64,000 nucleotides of DNA, taken from positions 8,264-72,263 of the forward strand of contig MFEL01000018.1 in NCBI GenBank assembly GCA_001777575.1, read 5' to 3'. The notes under the pieces were generated by a model. It saw only the letters and a list, made by a program, of their open reading frames with translations, was not told where the DNA came from and made no database searches. Below, one piece after another: positions 9,168-18,502 of the stretch. The stretch comes from Candidatus Doudnabacteria bacterium RIFCSPHIGHO2_01_FULL_46_24 (lineage in GTDB: Bacteria; Patescibacteriota; Doudnabacteria; UBA920; O2-02-FULL-48-8). Within the stretch, counting starts at the first letter, position 1. Every line of letters begins with the position of its first letter. Made by a program: the position numbers and the translations under genes.

Positions 9168-9437
9168 TTATTTCTTCGCAACTCCTTTGGCGATATACTG
9201 CTTCATCAAAGATTGATAAGGCACGTCTAATTCATTAGCTTTTATTTTCACACGGGCCACGATATGGGATGGAATGCGCAGAGAAATAGATTGGGAAGTG
9301 GGCTTAAGATTTGGAAACAAGGGACCAATCATGGCTTTGGATAAATCAAAATATTCGGTAGAATCATGGGTATCCCAAAACTCCCGTTCTTCGTCTTCGT
9401 TCTTAAATTTAGGCAGCTTTTTTATATGTCTCTTCAT
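9168..9437 (-). CDS. brnA: BrnA-family antitoxin (ribbon-helix-helix), copy 1
   Basis: KKLPKFKNEDEEREFWDTHDSTEY ... VPYQSLMKQYIAKG, the typical BrnA pattern. Confidence 0.7.
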   Translation of the reverse strand: MKRHIKKLPKFKNEDEEREFWDTHDSTEYFDLSKAMIGPLFPNLKPTSQSISLRIPSHIVARVKIKANELDVPYQSLMKQYIAKGVAKK

Positions 9438-9717
9438 AAGTTTTCCTCTCTTTTTTATTCGCCGGGCGCGCAGATATTATTCTGATTCGCCGGGTTCTAA
9501 TTGTAAAAGCTACAAATAATAGTTTGCCTGCTTGAGTCTGGCCATACATGCCAAATCGCTTTTCGGTTTGGCTATGCCTCTGGTCTGGGAAAACTATATA
9601 AAAATTGAAAAATGATTCCTCGGTTTCCAGCTGAGTAATTCCATGTTTCTCTAAACTTTTAGCCTGATTGCCTTCATCCCACTCAAACCCTTCTGATTGA
9701 CTTAAATCTAGCCACAT
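9409..9717 (-). CDS. brnT: BrnT-family toxin (DUF497), copy 1
   Basis: FEWDEGNQAKSLEKHGIT ... IRIISARPANKKERKTYEE; start placed at M of MWLDLSQ because the track ORF to 9909 runs through an implausible hydrophobic leader. Confidence 0.65.
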   Translation of the reverse strand: MWLDLSQSEGFEWDEGNQAKSLEKHGITQLETEESFFNFYIVFPDQRHSQTEKRFGMYGQTQAGKLLFVAFTIRTRRIRIISARPANKKERKTYEETYKKAA

Positions 9718-9862
9718 AGACACAGTGTATATGGGAAACTCTACACTGTCAAGAGTATAATTAATACGCCACCCACCTATCATGATGGTTGTCAAATTTA
9801 CGTCCACGCTTGCGTATACGCAAATTACATAATTAATTACGTAATTAACACAACTGCCACGG

Positions 9863-9891
9863 TTGCCATGTTTGAAACCCAAGGCTATAAT
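9863..9891 (+). promoter_or_regulatory. sigma70-type promoter TTGCCA-17-TATAAT upstream of the 9919 ORF and glycerate kinase
   Basis: Hexamers and 17-nt spacer read directly. Confidence 0.45.
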
Positions 9892-9918
9892 GACCTTAAT
9901 TAATCTCAAAAAAATTAT

Positions 9919-10101
9919 ATGGCTTTAGAAACCGGGTACGGCCGCGAAGAACTCAAGAGCAGGCTTCAGGCGTTGGAGCAGGAAATCGCAAGGATCGAGG
10001 CCGGCAATAATCCTGATAAAAAGGATTTGGATGCCCTGCACGCAGAGTACGAGCAGCTCCAAACTCAATTGAATCAAAACGACCTAAGGGAAGCCGCTTG
10101 A
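9919..10101 (+). CDS. small coiled-coil hypothetical protein
   Basis: 60 aa, charged and helical; followed by a weak hairpin. Confidence 0.35.
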   Translation: MALETGYGREELKSRLQALEQEIARIEAGNNPDKKDLDALHAEYEQLQTQLNQNDLREAA

Positions 10102-10119
10102 AAGGGCGGTTTTTTCCGT

Positions 10120-11382
10120 ATGCAATCAAAATGGTTCAAAAATTATGATCAGATTGCCACGAGCAAACAGCGGCAAGATTTGCTGGCCATTGCGGCGGCA
10201 GGTTTGGATGCGATCGATACGGAAAGCGTAATAAAAAATTATCTAAAAATTACGGATTACGAATTACGGATTAAAAATCAAACCTTTGACCTTAAAAAAT
10301 TCAAAAACATCAAAGTCATTGGGTTTGGCAAGGTTTCCTGCGCGGCGGCTGTGGCTTTGGAGCAAGCGCTTAAGGACAAAATCTCGGAAGGCATCGCGCT
10401 TGGTATTGAACCTATCTCCTGCGAAGTCATCCAGACTTACGGCGGCACCCATCCCCAGCCTTCCGAGCACAATGTTGAAATTTCCGGGCAAATTATGGAG
10501 TTGGCAAAAAATGCGACTGAAAACGACCTGGTCATCGTTGTGGTTTCCGGCGGCGGCTCGGCCCTGCTTTGCTACCCGCAAAACGAATGCGACCAGGGGC
10601 AAATTCTCTACCACCAATTTCTCAAGGGCGGAGGAACCATCGAGGAACTAAACACGGTTCGCAAGCATATTTCGCAACTCAAAGGCGGCGGATTGGCCAA
10701 ACTGCTTTATCCCGCCACAGTTATTGGCTTGATTTTTTCCGACATCCCGGGCGATGATTATTCGGAGGTCGCTTCTGGTCCGACTTTTTTTGACCCGACG
10801 ACAGTTGCCGATGCGGAACGGATCATCAAAAAATACGGTTTAAGCCGCTTTCAGCTTAACGAAACTCCCAAGGAGCAAAAATATTTCGAACAAGTCACCA
10901 ACATCCCTTTGGTGGCCAACAGCGACGCTTTGGAAGCCATGGCTGCCCAAAGCAAAGCTTTGGGCTATTCGCCTGCCATATTGTCCAATGAAATGTATGA
11001 CGAAGCGCCCATGCTGCTTACCAAAATGCGGGCAGCGCTGGCCAAAAATTCCCTGGTTTTGGCCGGGGGCGAGCCCAGGATGTTCGTCAGAGACGGATCC
11101 GCCTCTGGCGGGCGCAATCTTTATGTGAGCTTGCGCGCGGCCACGCAAATCCGAGCTGATGAATGCTTCCTGGCTCTGGCCTCGGATGGCTTGGACAATT
11201 CCGACGCCGCCGGCGCCATTGTGGACAAACAAACCCTAGACAAAATAAAAACCGCCAAGCTTGATGTCAAAGGGCATCTTCGCCACTTTGACGGCTATAA
11301 CTTTTTTAAGCAGCTTGACGAGCTCATCTTCACCGGACCCACACAAGCCAATGTCTCGGATTTATTTATTCTGCTGAAATAA
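10120..11382 (+). CDS. glycerate 2-kinase (MOFRL family)
   Basis: VVVSGGGSALL and LKGGGTIEELNTVRKHISQLKGGGL motifs. Confidence 0.8.
   Translation: MQSKWFKNYDQIATSKQRQDLLAIAAAGLDAIDTESVIKNYLKITDYELRIKNQTFDLKKFKNIKVIGFGKVSCAAAVALEQALKDKISEGIALGIEPISCEVIQTYGGTHPQPSEHNVEISGQIMELAKNATENDLVIVVVSGGGSALLCYPQNECDQGQILYHQFLKGGGTIEELNTVRKHISQLKGGGLAKLLYPATVIGLIFSDIPGDDYSEVASGPTFFDPTTVADAERIIKKYGLSRFQLNETPKEQKYFEQVTNIPLVANSDALEAMAAQSKALGYSPAILSNEMYDEAPMLLTKMRAALAKNSLVLAGGEPRMFVRDGSASGGRNLYVSLRAATQIRADECFLALASDGLDNSDAAGAIVDKQTLDKIKTAKLDVKGHLRHFDGYNFFKQLDELIFTGPTQANVSDLFILLK
10249..10272. repeat. tandem ATTACGG/ATTACGA heptamer array in frame in the glycerate kinase gene
   Basis: attacggattacgaattacggatt encodes KITDYELRI. 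Confidence 0.6.
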
Positions 11383-11435
11383 ATATCAGCGTGACAACCA
11401 TTGAGCGATCGCATAGTGTTTGTCAAAAAATCTGA

Positions 11436-12740
11436 TTAATCATTCTTCATAAAAATTTCGTTTTCGAAAAGCCAATAGCGCAGGGCGGTAAAAAAGGGCA
11501 GCACGGACAGAAAATACCGCAAGTCAGCGGTCTTGCGGATGAGCCAGCCAAACAGGCCGTGGATGATCAGGTTGGGCGTGTACAAAATCGCGTACTTGCC
11601 GGACACGGGAATAACAAACCTCACCGGTCCGGAATGATACGGCAACAAGGGGCGTCCCTGCACCAAGCGATAAATGTTTTTGGCCGCGTGCCTGCCTTGA
11701 TGAATCGCTTCCTGGGCGGTTTGCGGCAGCGGCTTTTTGGTTTGGGGATCCAGGATGCAGGCGTCGTCGCCGGCCACAAAGACGTTCGGAAATTTTTTCA
11801 AATTCAAAAATTCCGTCGCGGCAGTGCGGTCTTTTTTATCGCGCTCCAAATCTTCCAAAACCGGCAGGCGGCAGGACCGCACTCCGCCGGTCCAGATCAG
11901 TAAATCGCAGGCAACCTGCTCTTTGTTGTTGAGTGTCAAAAAATCTTTTTCGGCATGAGTCAGCAAAGTCGAAAACCGGCCTTCTATCCCCAACCCTGCC
12001 AGCCTGGCTGCCACCAACTTGGAAACTTTCTCGGACAATCCCGGCAGATAATTAATTGCGCCCTCCACAATCATAATTTTGAAATTCTCCGGCTTTTTCC
12101 CGTGAGCCTTGCACTCGTGCTTAATTAAATTGCGCAACTCGCCGGCGAATTCCACTCCGGCAAACCCTCCGCCGCCGATAATTATCTGCCCTGAATCTTT
12201 CTTGCTAATTATATCCTCAATCCGGTTTCTTATCATGACCGCGTCTTCCAAGCTCTTGAGCGTAAATCCATACTTGTCCAATCCCGGAATGCCGTAGAAA
12301 TCGGCGATGCTGCCCAGCGCAATCAACAGATAATCAAAATACACCACGCGCGAATCAGTCATGATCTGGCCGTTTCCAAGATCAACTTTCTCGACAAATG
12401 CCTTAAACACCTTGACTGATCGCTTGCGAAAAATGTCCCCAAGCGGGATAGTCACGGTTTTCTTAACTTTCCTGGCGGCAATCTGCCGATGCTCGGTGGT
12501 GGCCGCCTCATACAGCGCAGCATGGTAGAGATGATAGTCATGCCGGTCAATCAAGACAATTTCGTATTCTGGATTGTCCCCGATATATTCGCTCAATGCC
12601 AAACTCGCCGACACGCCGGCAAAGCCGCCGCCTAAAATTACCACTCGTTTTTTTTCCTGATTTTGTTTCAATTTTGCTTTTCCAATCTTATTTATTATAT
12701 CACAAAATCTGATTTTTTTCAAGGAAAATATGCTTGCCAA
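11436..12740 (-). CDS. type II NADH dehydrogenase-like FAD/NAD(P)-dependent oxidoreductase
   Basis: Two GxGxxG Rossmann motifs VVILGGGFAG and IIIGGGGFAGVEFAGEL; hydrophobic C-terminal tail. Confidence 0.7.
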   Translation of the reverse strand: MASIFSLKKIRFCDIINKIGKAKLKQNQEKKRVVILGGGFAGVSASLALSEYIGDNPEYEIVLIDRHDYHLYHAALYEAATTEHRQIAARKVKKTVTIPLGDIFRKRSVKVFKAFVEKVDLGNGQIMTDSRVVYFDYLLIALGSIADFYGIPGLDKYGFTLKSLEDAVMIRNRIEDIISKKDSGQIIIGGGGFAGVEFAGELRNLIKHECKAHGKKPENFKIMIVEGAINYLPGLSEKVSKLVAARLAGLGIEGRFSTLLTHAEKDFLTLNNKEQVACDLLIWTGGVRSCRLPVLEDLERDKKDRTAATEFLNLKKFPNVFVAGDDACILDPQTKKPLPQTAQEAIHQGRHAAKNIYRLVQGRPLLPYHSGPVRFVIPVSGKYAILYTPNLIIHGLFGWLIRKTADLRYFLSVLPFFTALRYWLFENEIFMKND

Positions 12741-13383
12741 GAGGTAAATTACCTAAGCGTAATTTGCCGATCCTGATACGCTTAAGATTCCGGACGGTGT
12801 AGCCGAAAACTGCAAACATTTTTCGTATCTGCCGCTTCCAGCCTTCGTGAATGGTTAAATAAACTGTCTGGCCATCAACTCGAGCCTTGGCCGGCGCGGT
12901 CCTGCGTCCATCAAGCACCACCCCGGTTTTGATTTTCTCTAATCTCGAATTACTAATCTCTTTATCCAGGATCACTTCATATTCTTTTTCGTGCTCAGCG
13001 GAGGGATGAGTCAGGCTTTGTGTCAACTCCCCATCATTGGTCAAAAGCAGCAAGCCTTCGGTGTTGAAATCCAGCCGGCCTATTGGCCAGACTTTGTTAC
13101 GCAATTCCGCGGGCAGCAAATCATAAACCGTCCGCCGTTTCTGCGGATCATGCCGCGTGGTCATGTATCGCTTGGGCTTGTTCAAGGCAAGATATATCAG
13201 ACTGCTTACTGTTATCTGTTTACTGTTTACTTCAACTCTGTCTCTTTCGGGATCAATCTTAGTCCCCAAGACACGAACGACCTGGCCATTGACTTTGACT
13301 TTCCCCGCCACAATCAACTCTTCCGCGTGTCGGCGTGACGCCGCACCTGCTCGGGAAATGTATTTTTGAAGTCGCTCAAGCAT
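12700..13383 (-). CDS. rluB: rRNA pseudouridine synthase, RluB/RsuA family
   Basis: S4 domain MLERLQKYISRAGAASRR plus catalytic GRLDFNTEGLLLLTNDG. Confidence 0.85.
   Translation of the reverse strand: MLERLQKYISRAGAASRRHAEELIVAGKVKVNGQVVRVLGTKIDPERDRVEVNSKQITVSSLIYLALNKPKRYMTTRHDPQKRRTVYDLLPAELRNKVWPIGRLDFNTEGLLLLTNDGELTQSLTHPSAEHEKEYEVILDKEISNSRLEKIKTGVVLDGRRTAPAKARVDGQTVYLTIHEGWKRQIRKMFAVFGYTVRNLKRIRIGKLRLGNLPLGKHIFLEKNQIL
13202..13232. repeat. tandem AACAGTA-type heptamer array on the coding (minus) strand of rluB
   Basis: Reverse complement of ctgcttactgttatctgtttactgtttactt. Confidence 0.55.
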
Positions 13384-13397
13384 GCTATGATTATACT

Positions 13398-13886
13398 ATG
13401 TTTCAACGATTTTGGGAGTGGTATCAACGCCACTACCTGCTCAACCTCTCCATCGCGACTTTCTTGTTCCTATTCCAACTATTCCATCTCTACTGGCTGT
13501 TTACTGACGTGGTCTTGATAAAAATAACCGGGCAGAGTTATTTTGCCTTCCCGAACATTTGGGGGATGATTTCAACTTTCCTTGATTATTCTGAAATCCC
13601 GGCCATAATTTCGACAAGTGTTCTGTACATACACTTGCTTCGACAAAAATGGGCCGCCAAAAATTTCCTTTACCTCTTATTCATCAACATCCAATGGATC
13701 CACATCCTTTGGATTACGGACGAGATAATCGTTGAACGGTTTGCCACTCACATCGAATTTTTTCATTGGCCGCTGGTTGCGGCCTGGCTGGCCATCGCGA
13801 TTGATTATTTCGAACTGCCGGTCATTTATGACACAGCCAAACGGCTTGTGAGGGAAATTAAAAAAAACAAAAAAATACCGAACTGA
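13398..13886 (+). CDS. hypothetical polytopic membrane protein
   Basis: Start at ATG 13398 (track start 13335 overlaps rluB); several hydrophobic helices. Confidence 0.4.
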   Translation: MFQRFWEWYQRHYLLNLSIATFLFLFQLFHLYWLFTDVVLIKITGQSYFAFPNIWGMISTFLDYSEIPAIISTSVLYIHLLRQKWAAKNFLYLLFINIQWIHILWITDEIIVERFATHIEFFHWPLVAAWLAIAIDYFELPVIYDTAKRLVREIKKNKKIPN

Positions 13887-13897
13887 CTGGCAGTCGG

Positions 13898-14375
13898 TCA
13901 ATAGTAGAACAGGTAGTAACGACGCAGGCCGCGTATGTGTGCCTGATGGAGGATTTTGCCACCCGCCCAGACGGTCACGCGCAGCGGGTAGTAGCGGTAC
14001 GGCAAGATCTTCCAGAGCCGCCGCGATTCGATCTCGCAGTTGGCTTCAACTACCTGCTGGAACCACCCGATACAGACGGGGATAACAAAGTAGTGCTCCC
14101 CGTTAAAGCGGTGGACGATTGGGCCGCAGACAAACTGCGATCCGAGCAGGCGCAGGAGCTCACTATAAATGAGCTCTAAGGCGAATCGGTCCTTGCGGGT
14201 AACAAGCCCTCGCAGAGCTTTCTCAAGCTCTTGGTCCAAGGGCCGAAATATGGCCTCCCACAGCCTCCGGAGCCTGTTGCCACGCGGGGTGTGCGTGTTG
14301 GCGGGCCCTGGCTACGGCGCTGATTACGCGGAATATTTCTGACGGCTGCCGTTCGGCGATGTCGTCAGTCATCAT
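13898..14375 (-). pseudogene. frameshifted gene of unknown function in a GC-rich segment next to tRNA-Lys
   Basis: ORF-A 14223-14375 (GAAGGAGG then ATGATG) stops 17 nt inside ORF-B 13898-14239, which stays open upstream in the +1 frame; about 63% GC. Confidence 0.4.
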
Positions 14376-14442
14376 TGTCAGGCCTCCTTCTCGTTCACTT
14401 ACAAGTTAAAAATACCAAAATCCCGAAACGCCGTCAAAGCTA

Positions 14443-14471
14443 TTGAAAAAAACACAAAAAATCTGTATAAT
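14443..14471 (+). promoter_or_regulatory. consensus sigma70 promoter TTGAAA-17-TATAAT for tRNA-Lys
   Basis: The -10 ends 13 nt before the tRNA 5' end. Confidence 0.6.
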
Positions 14472-14484
14472 GTCTGAGTTACGA

Positions 14485-14561
14485 GGGTCCGTAGCTCAGC
14501 CTGGTAGAGCACCTGCCTTTTAAGCAGAGGGTCGAGCGTTCGAATCGCTCCGGACCCACCA
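14485..14561 (+). tRNA. tRNA-Lys (anticodon UUU)
   Basis: Cloverleaf folded by hand: acceptor GGGTCCG/CGGACCC, T-loop TTCGAAT, anticodon loop CTTTTAA, encoded CCA. Confidence 0.9.
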
Positions 14562-14568
14562 AAGAATA

Positions 14569-14901
14569 ATGATAACTTACAGCGATTTTGAAAAAATTGA
14601 CATCCGAGTCGGCAAGATTCTCCAAGTGGATGACTTTCCAGAAGCTCATAATCCTTTATATAAGCTAATAATTGATTTCGGCTCGGAGATTGGCATCAAG
14701 AAATCCGCCGGGCAATTCGTGGCCAAATACTCCAAAAATTTTCTTTTGGGCAGGCGAGTGGCTTGCGTCCTCAACTTTCCGCCTAAACAAATCGGCCCGT
14801 TTGTTTCCGAAGTCCTGACTTTGGGCTTTCCTGATAAAGATGGCCAGGCCATAATTATTACGCCCACGGAAGAAGTTCCTCTGGGCGGCAAATTATTCTA
14901 A
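14569..14901 (+). CDS. tRNA-binding protein (CsaA/Myf/EMAP-type OB fold)
   Basis: DIRVGKILQV and GRRVACVLNFPPKQIG pattern, 110 aa. Confidence 0.7.
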   Translation: MITYSDFEKIDIRVGKILQVDDFPEAHNPLYKLIIDFGSEIGIKKSAGQFVAKYSKNFLLGRRVACVLNFPPKQIGPFVSEVLTLGFPDKDGQAIIITPTEEVPLGGKLF

Positions 14902-15013
14902 CATGCTTAACCTTCATCAAAACTCCTGCCAGGTACCGCTAAACTGGTACCTGGCGCCGAGCAAATCACCTTACCCTAACGGTAAGTGATTTGCGCTTGA
15001 GATCTTCAAACTC

Positions 15014-15050
15014 AAATCCCTGGCCATTAGGGCCAGGGATTTACTTTTTT
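15014..15050 (+). terminator. rho-independent terminator (12-bp GC stem then T8), last of three consecutive hairpins
   Basis: AAATCCCTGGCC-attag-GGCCAGGGATTT-acttttttt read directly. Confidence 0.65.
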
Positions 15051-15067
15051 TGAGGAGGAACAATCTG

Positions 15068-15859
15068 ATGGACAAGCTCTCGATCGCAGTTGTGGGAGCA
15101 GGCAAGCTCGGGCGGCTGATCATCCACCGCCTGCTCACTCATGTTGATCCGGCAAGCATCCACCTCTGCCGCAAAGATCCAAACCGGCTCGGCGAACTTG
15201 CACAGGAATTTCCAGGCTGCCGCGTGCATACAAACGCCCAAGCAGCCGTAGACCGATCCGGTGTGGCTATTCTGGCAGTCAAACCTCCTGATCTGGGCCC
15301 GCTTGCGGCAATGCTTGGTTTCAACGGCCAAGCCGTGCTGTCGCTGATCACGGGCAAATCGTTTGGGACACTGATTAGCACGCTTGGCACCACCAATCTG
15401 GTGCGAGCCTCCACCAGCATCCTGCTGGAAACCGGCTCGGCGCAAACAACCTGGATGGCGCATCCGCAAGTTGAAACGCATTCGCTTAGCGTTTGCTTGC
15501 GGATCATGAAAGAGTGGGGCGAGCTGACAGAAGCGCAAACCGAGCATGACTTAGCTGTGACTATTGTCAGCTCCGGTGCGCTGCCGGGCATCTTGGCAAC
15601 GGACTTGCTCGATTATGTATATGCGCTCCAAGCTCTGGGAGAACAGAACGCGGAACAAAAAACGCTGCGAACCCTCAAGGTTCTCTGTGAGCAATGCCTG
15701 GAAAAAAACTGCTCTCTGGAGTCCAAAGTCAGCCAGGTCAAAACTCCAGGCGGCATCACAATCGCGGCAACCGATGTGCTGGAGCAAGCCAACCACCAAA
15801 CCACGATTGCCGAGGCGCTCCAAGCTTCCTTAAGCCGCGTCTATGAGCTTGATGGGTAG
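15068..15859 (+). CDS. proC: pyrroline-5-carboxylate reductase
   Basis: VVGAGKLG Rossmann and LAVKP motifs; GAGGAGG 9 nt upstream of ATG 15068; GC-rich gene. Confidence 0.75.
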   Translation: MDKLSIAVVGAGKLGRLIIHRLLTHVDPASIHLCRKDPNRLGELAQEFPGCRVHTNAQAAVDRSGVAILAVKPPDLGPLAAMLGFNGQAVLSLITGKSFGTLISTLGTTNLVRASTSILLETGSAQTTWMAHPQVETHSLSVCLRIMKEWGELTEAQTEHDLAVTIVSSGALPGILATDLLDYVYALQALGEQNAEQKTLRTLKVLCEQCLEKNCSLESKVSQVKTPGGITIAATDVLEQANHQTTIAEALQASLSRVYELDG

Positions 15860-15873
15860 CTTGTTCCATCTTT

Positions 15874-15902
15874 AGAAGACCGCCCCCGTGGTCTTCTTTT
15901 TA
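15874..15902 (+). terminator. rho-independent terminator after proC
   Basis: AGAAGACC-gcccccgt-GGTCTTCT-ttttt. Confidence 0.5.
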
Positions 15903-15927
15903 TTTTGCGAAACAAAACAGAGCATGT

Positions 15928-15942
15928 GGAGGATGCCCCTCC
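15928..15942. repeat. solo arm GGAGGATGCCCCTCC of the in-frame palindromic element family, intergenic
   Basis: Identical to the right arm of the copies in uvrC and uvrA. Confidence 0.5.
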
Positions 15943-15948
15943 ACAATT

Positions 15949-17070
15949 TTACCAAAACCAATTGCTGGCGTCGACATTCTTGCCGGACTCTTCGGCGAGT
16001 TTTTTGAAGAGTTCTTTTTCTTTCTTGGACAATTTTGTGGGCGTAACCACGCGCACGGTGACCAGGTGGTCGCCGCGGCCGGATGATCGCAGATGCGGCA
16101 CACCTTTACTTTTGAGCCGAAAAATTTTGGCAGACTGGGTGCCGGCGGGAATCTTGAGCTCAACCTTGCCGTCCACAGTTTCAATTTCCGCAATAGCGCC
16201 CAACGCCGCCTGGTAGAAACTAATCGGAATTTCCGAAAGGATATTATCTCCTTCCCGCACGAAATTTGGGTGGGGTTTGACTTTGATGCGCAAATACAAA
16301 TCGCCAAAACCGGAGCCTTTGTAGCCTGCCTCGCCTTCGCCGGCAATCCGGATGCGCTGCCCATCATCAATGCCTGCCGGAATTTTTACCTTTAGCTTTT
16401 TGGTCCGGCGCATTATCCCTTGACCCTGGCACTTGGAACAAACCCGCTCCGGCACTTTGCCGCTGCCCTCGCATTCATCGCAGGCGGAAACTTGCGACAT
16501 TTGGCCAAAAATCGTGCTCCGCGAAATTCGAATTTGCCCCTGGCCGTGGCAGCGGGGACAGGTGGAAATTTTGCTGCCTGGTTCGGCGCCCGAGCCTTTG
16601 CAGTTGAGGCAGGTGTCTTTTTTGTCCAAAGAAATCTCCAGCTCCTTGCCAAATACTGCATCCTTGAAATCAATATTCAGCTCCATTTCCAAATCCACGC
16701 CGCGCTCGCGGCGGGCTTGAGTACGAGTGCTACCGCCAAAAATGTCGGAAAACATGTCAAAGGCATCCTCAAACTCGAAACCGCCGGTGTTGCCAAAGCC
16801 TCTGGTAAAATCGCTGAAATCGAAACCGCCAGCAAATCCGCCGCCGCCTCGCCGCGCCTGGTCAAAAGTCGTGCCAAACTGGTCGTATTGCTTGCGTTTC
16901 TCCGGGTCAGACAAAACCTGGTAAGCTTCGCTGACTTCTTTGAATTTCTGCTCATTGCCCTTGTGCTTGTCCGGATGGTGCTCGTGCGCCAAACGGCGAT
17001 ACGCCCGCTTGATGTCATCAGCCGACGCACTCTTGGGCAGGCCTAATGTTGAATAATAATCTTGCGCCAT
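15949..17070 (-). CDS. dnaJ: chaperone DnaJ
   Basis: J-domain HPD, G/F-rich region, four CxxCxGxG zinc repeats. Confidence 0.95.
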   Translation of the reverse strand: MAQDYYSTLGLPKSASADDIKRAYRRLAHEHHPDKHKGNEQKFKEVSEAYQVLSDPEKRKQYDQFGTTFDQARRGGGGFAGGFDFSDFTRGFGNTGGFEFEDAFDMFSDIFGGSTRTQARRERGVDLEMELNIDFKDAVFGKELEISLDKKDTCLNCKGSGAEPGSKISTCPRCHGQGQIRISRSTIFGQMSQVSACDECEGSGKVPERVCSKCQGQGIMRRTKKLKVKIPAGIDDGQRIRIAGEGEAGYKGSGFGDLYLRIKVKPHPNFVREGDNILSEIPISFYQAALGAIAEIETVDGKVELKIPAGTQSAKIFRLKSKGVPHLRSSGRGDHLVTVRVVTPTKLSKKEKELFKKLAEESGKNVDASNWFW

Positions 17071-17176
17071 AAAAATTGTGATACGAATTTGCGAATCTTA
17101 TGCGAATACTGCAAATATGCTAATCTTGGTCTTTATCCGCATATCCGTAGATTCGCATTTCATTCGTTGATCCGCA
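17071..17176 (-). promoter_or_regulatory. conserved leader element A abutting the dnaJ start codon
   Basis: 57-nt core 17071-17126 is about 88% identical to 18407-18462; shared GATCCGCATCA at the distal end; several ATTCGCA heptamers; no SD. Confidence 0.5.
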
Positions 17177-18103
17177 TCATATCTCCAGTTTTTCCACCTC
17201 CACCTGGACCTTGGAAATTCTAAAAAAATTAACAGCTACCAGCACTTTAAACAACAGCCAGCCGACAAGCATTGCCAGCCAATGAAGCACAAACGTCAAT
17301 GTCCGCAATAATGCCAATACCGCTACGGTGAAAATCAAAGGGAAAAACTTCTGGAACCCAGCCAGGGCATCCTTGAGCTTGCCGACCACGGCGCGGGCGA
17401 AAATAACGCTCAGCTTCTCATCCCCTCGCCCCTCCAAATTGAACTGCTGGAAGAACTGGGTGCGGCCCACAGCCAGCAATTGTTCCTGTTGAGCCCTGGT
17501 GGCGCGGGCAAAATCCGGACTTTGCTCGCTGACCTGAGCGATCAAAAATTCGTCGAGGGTTTGCTCTAAATTCAAGTCACTCGGCAAGGTGTTGTCGAGG
17601 TAAGGCAGCGTATGCGCCACTGACGTTTCCAATCGACCATAAAATTCCTCCGGGTCCTGGTTAAACTGCGTGCTGGTGCTGTAATAGAGATTAAAGCCAA
17701 ACATCAGCAGCAGAGCGTAAATCGCGGGCATAATGCCGCTGCCCATAACGCGGCGGATGGAAAAACTGGCCCGGGCCTTTTCTTCGCTTTTGATATGCTG
17801 GAAAACCAAGGCTTGCAGAAGAAAAAACGCGAGCCCGCCCAGCCAGACAAATATACTGGCCGGCGCTATGATGAGATATCCAAGCAATCCCGCTACTGTG
17901 AAAATCGAGAAAATCCGCCAGCTGGCGCTGACCATATAAAAAAAGCTAAGCAGGCTGATACCTAAACTCCCGACAATGACGGGCAGAGCCCAAGCGGCCA
18001 ACGGCTTGCCTTGGTTGAGGTTTAAGATAATGAGCCAAAATTCCAACAGCAGTAACAAAAACGCCAGCGCTGCCAGGATTGCAAGTTTTGTTTTTTTCAT
18101 CAT
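17177..18103 (-). CDS. hypothetical polytopic membrane protein inserted between dnaK and dnaJ
   Basis: At least 6 predicted TM helices, 308 aa. Confidence 0.5.
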   Translation of the reverse strand: MMKKTKLAILAALAFLLLLLEFWLIILNLNQGKPLAAWALPVIVGSLGISLLSFFYMVSASWRIFSIFTVAGLLGYLIIAPASIFVWLGGLAFFLLQALVFQHIKSEEKARASFSIRRVMGSGIMPAIYALLLMFGFNLYYSTSTQFNQDPEEFYGRLETSVAHTLPYLDNTLPSDLNLEQTLDEFLIAQVSEQSPDFARATRAQQEQLLAVGRTQFFQQFNLEGRGDEKLSVIFARAVVGKLKDALAGFQKFFPLIFTVAVLALLRTLTFVLHWLAMLVGWLLFKVLVAVNFFRISKVQVEVEKLEI

Positions 18104-18115
18104 TTTTGAGATTAA

Positions 18116-18406
18116 CTACCCCTCAGTTCGGAAGCCGATTTCCTGAGCCGGCGCCGAAGCCTCTTTGACGGTTCCAAACTGCCCTTCGTACCGTTTCAAA
18201 TTCTCCGCCAGCGCGGCAATGATCCGCTTGATATGTCCGGGGCTCGTGATAACGCGACTGACGACTATCCCCTGTGGCGGCAGGACATTCATAAAGTCAA
18301 GCACGAACTCCTCTTGGGTGTGCGTGATCATCATCATGTTCGCATACTGCCCCTTCAGCACTTCGTCCGAGATTTTGATATTGATATTTTGTTGATTGTC
18401 TGGCAT
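18116..18406 (-). CDS. DUF3467-family small protein
   Basis: INIKISDEVLKGQYANMMMITHTQEEFVLDF pattern, 96 aa. Confidence 0.5.
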   Translation of the reverse strand: MPDNQQNINIKISDEVLKGQYANMMMITHTQEEFVLDFMNVLPPQGIVVSRVITSPGHIKRIIAALAENLKRYEGQFGTVKEASAPAQEIGFRTEG

Positions 18407-18502
18407 AAAATTTGTGATACGAATCTGCGGATATTATGCGAATCTGGCCAATATGCAAATCTCAAAGATTGACATTGATTCGCCGATCCGCATCACGCTT
18501 AA
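18407..18502 (-). promoter_or_regulatory. conserved leader element B abutting the start of the DUF3467 gene
   Basis: Paralogous to 17071-17176. Confidence 0.5.

Noticed and set aside
17071-17176. Conserved dnaJ/DUF3467 leader elements as CIRCE copies
   Set aside because: They contain TTAGCATAT but no GAGTGCTAA half-site; the genuine CIRCE is at 21704-21730.
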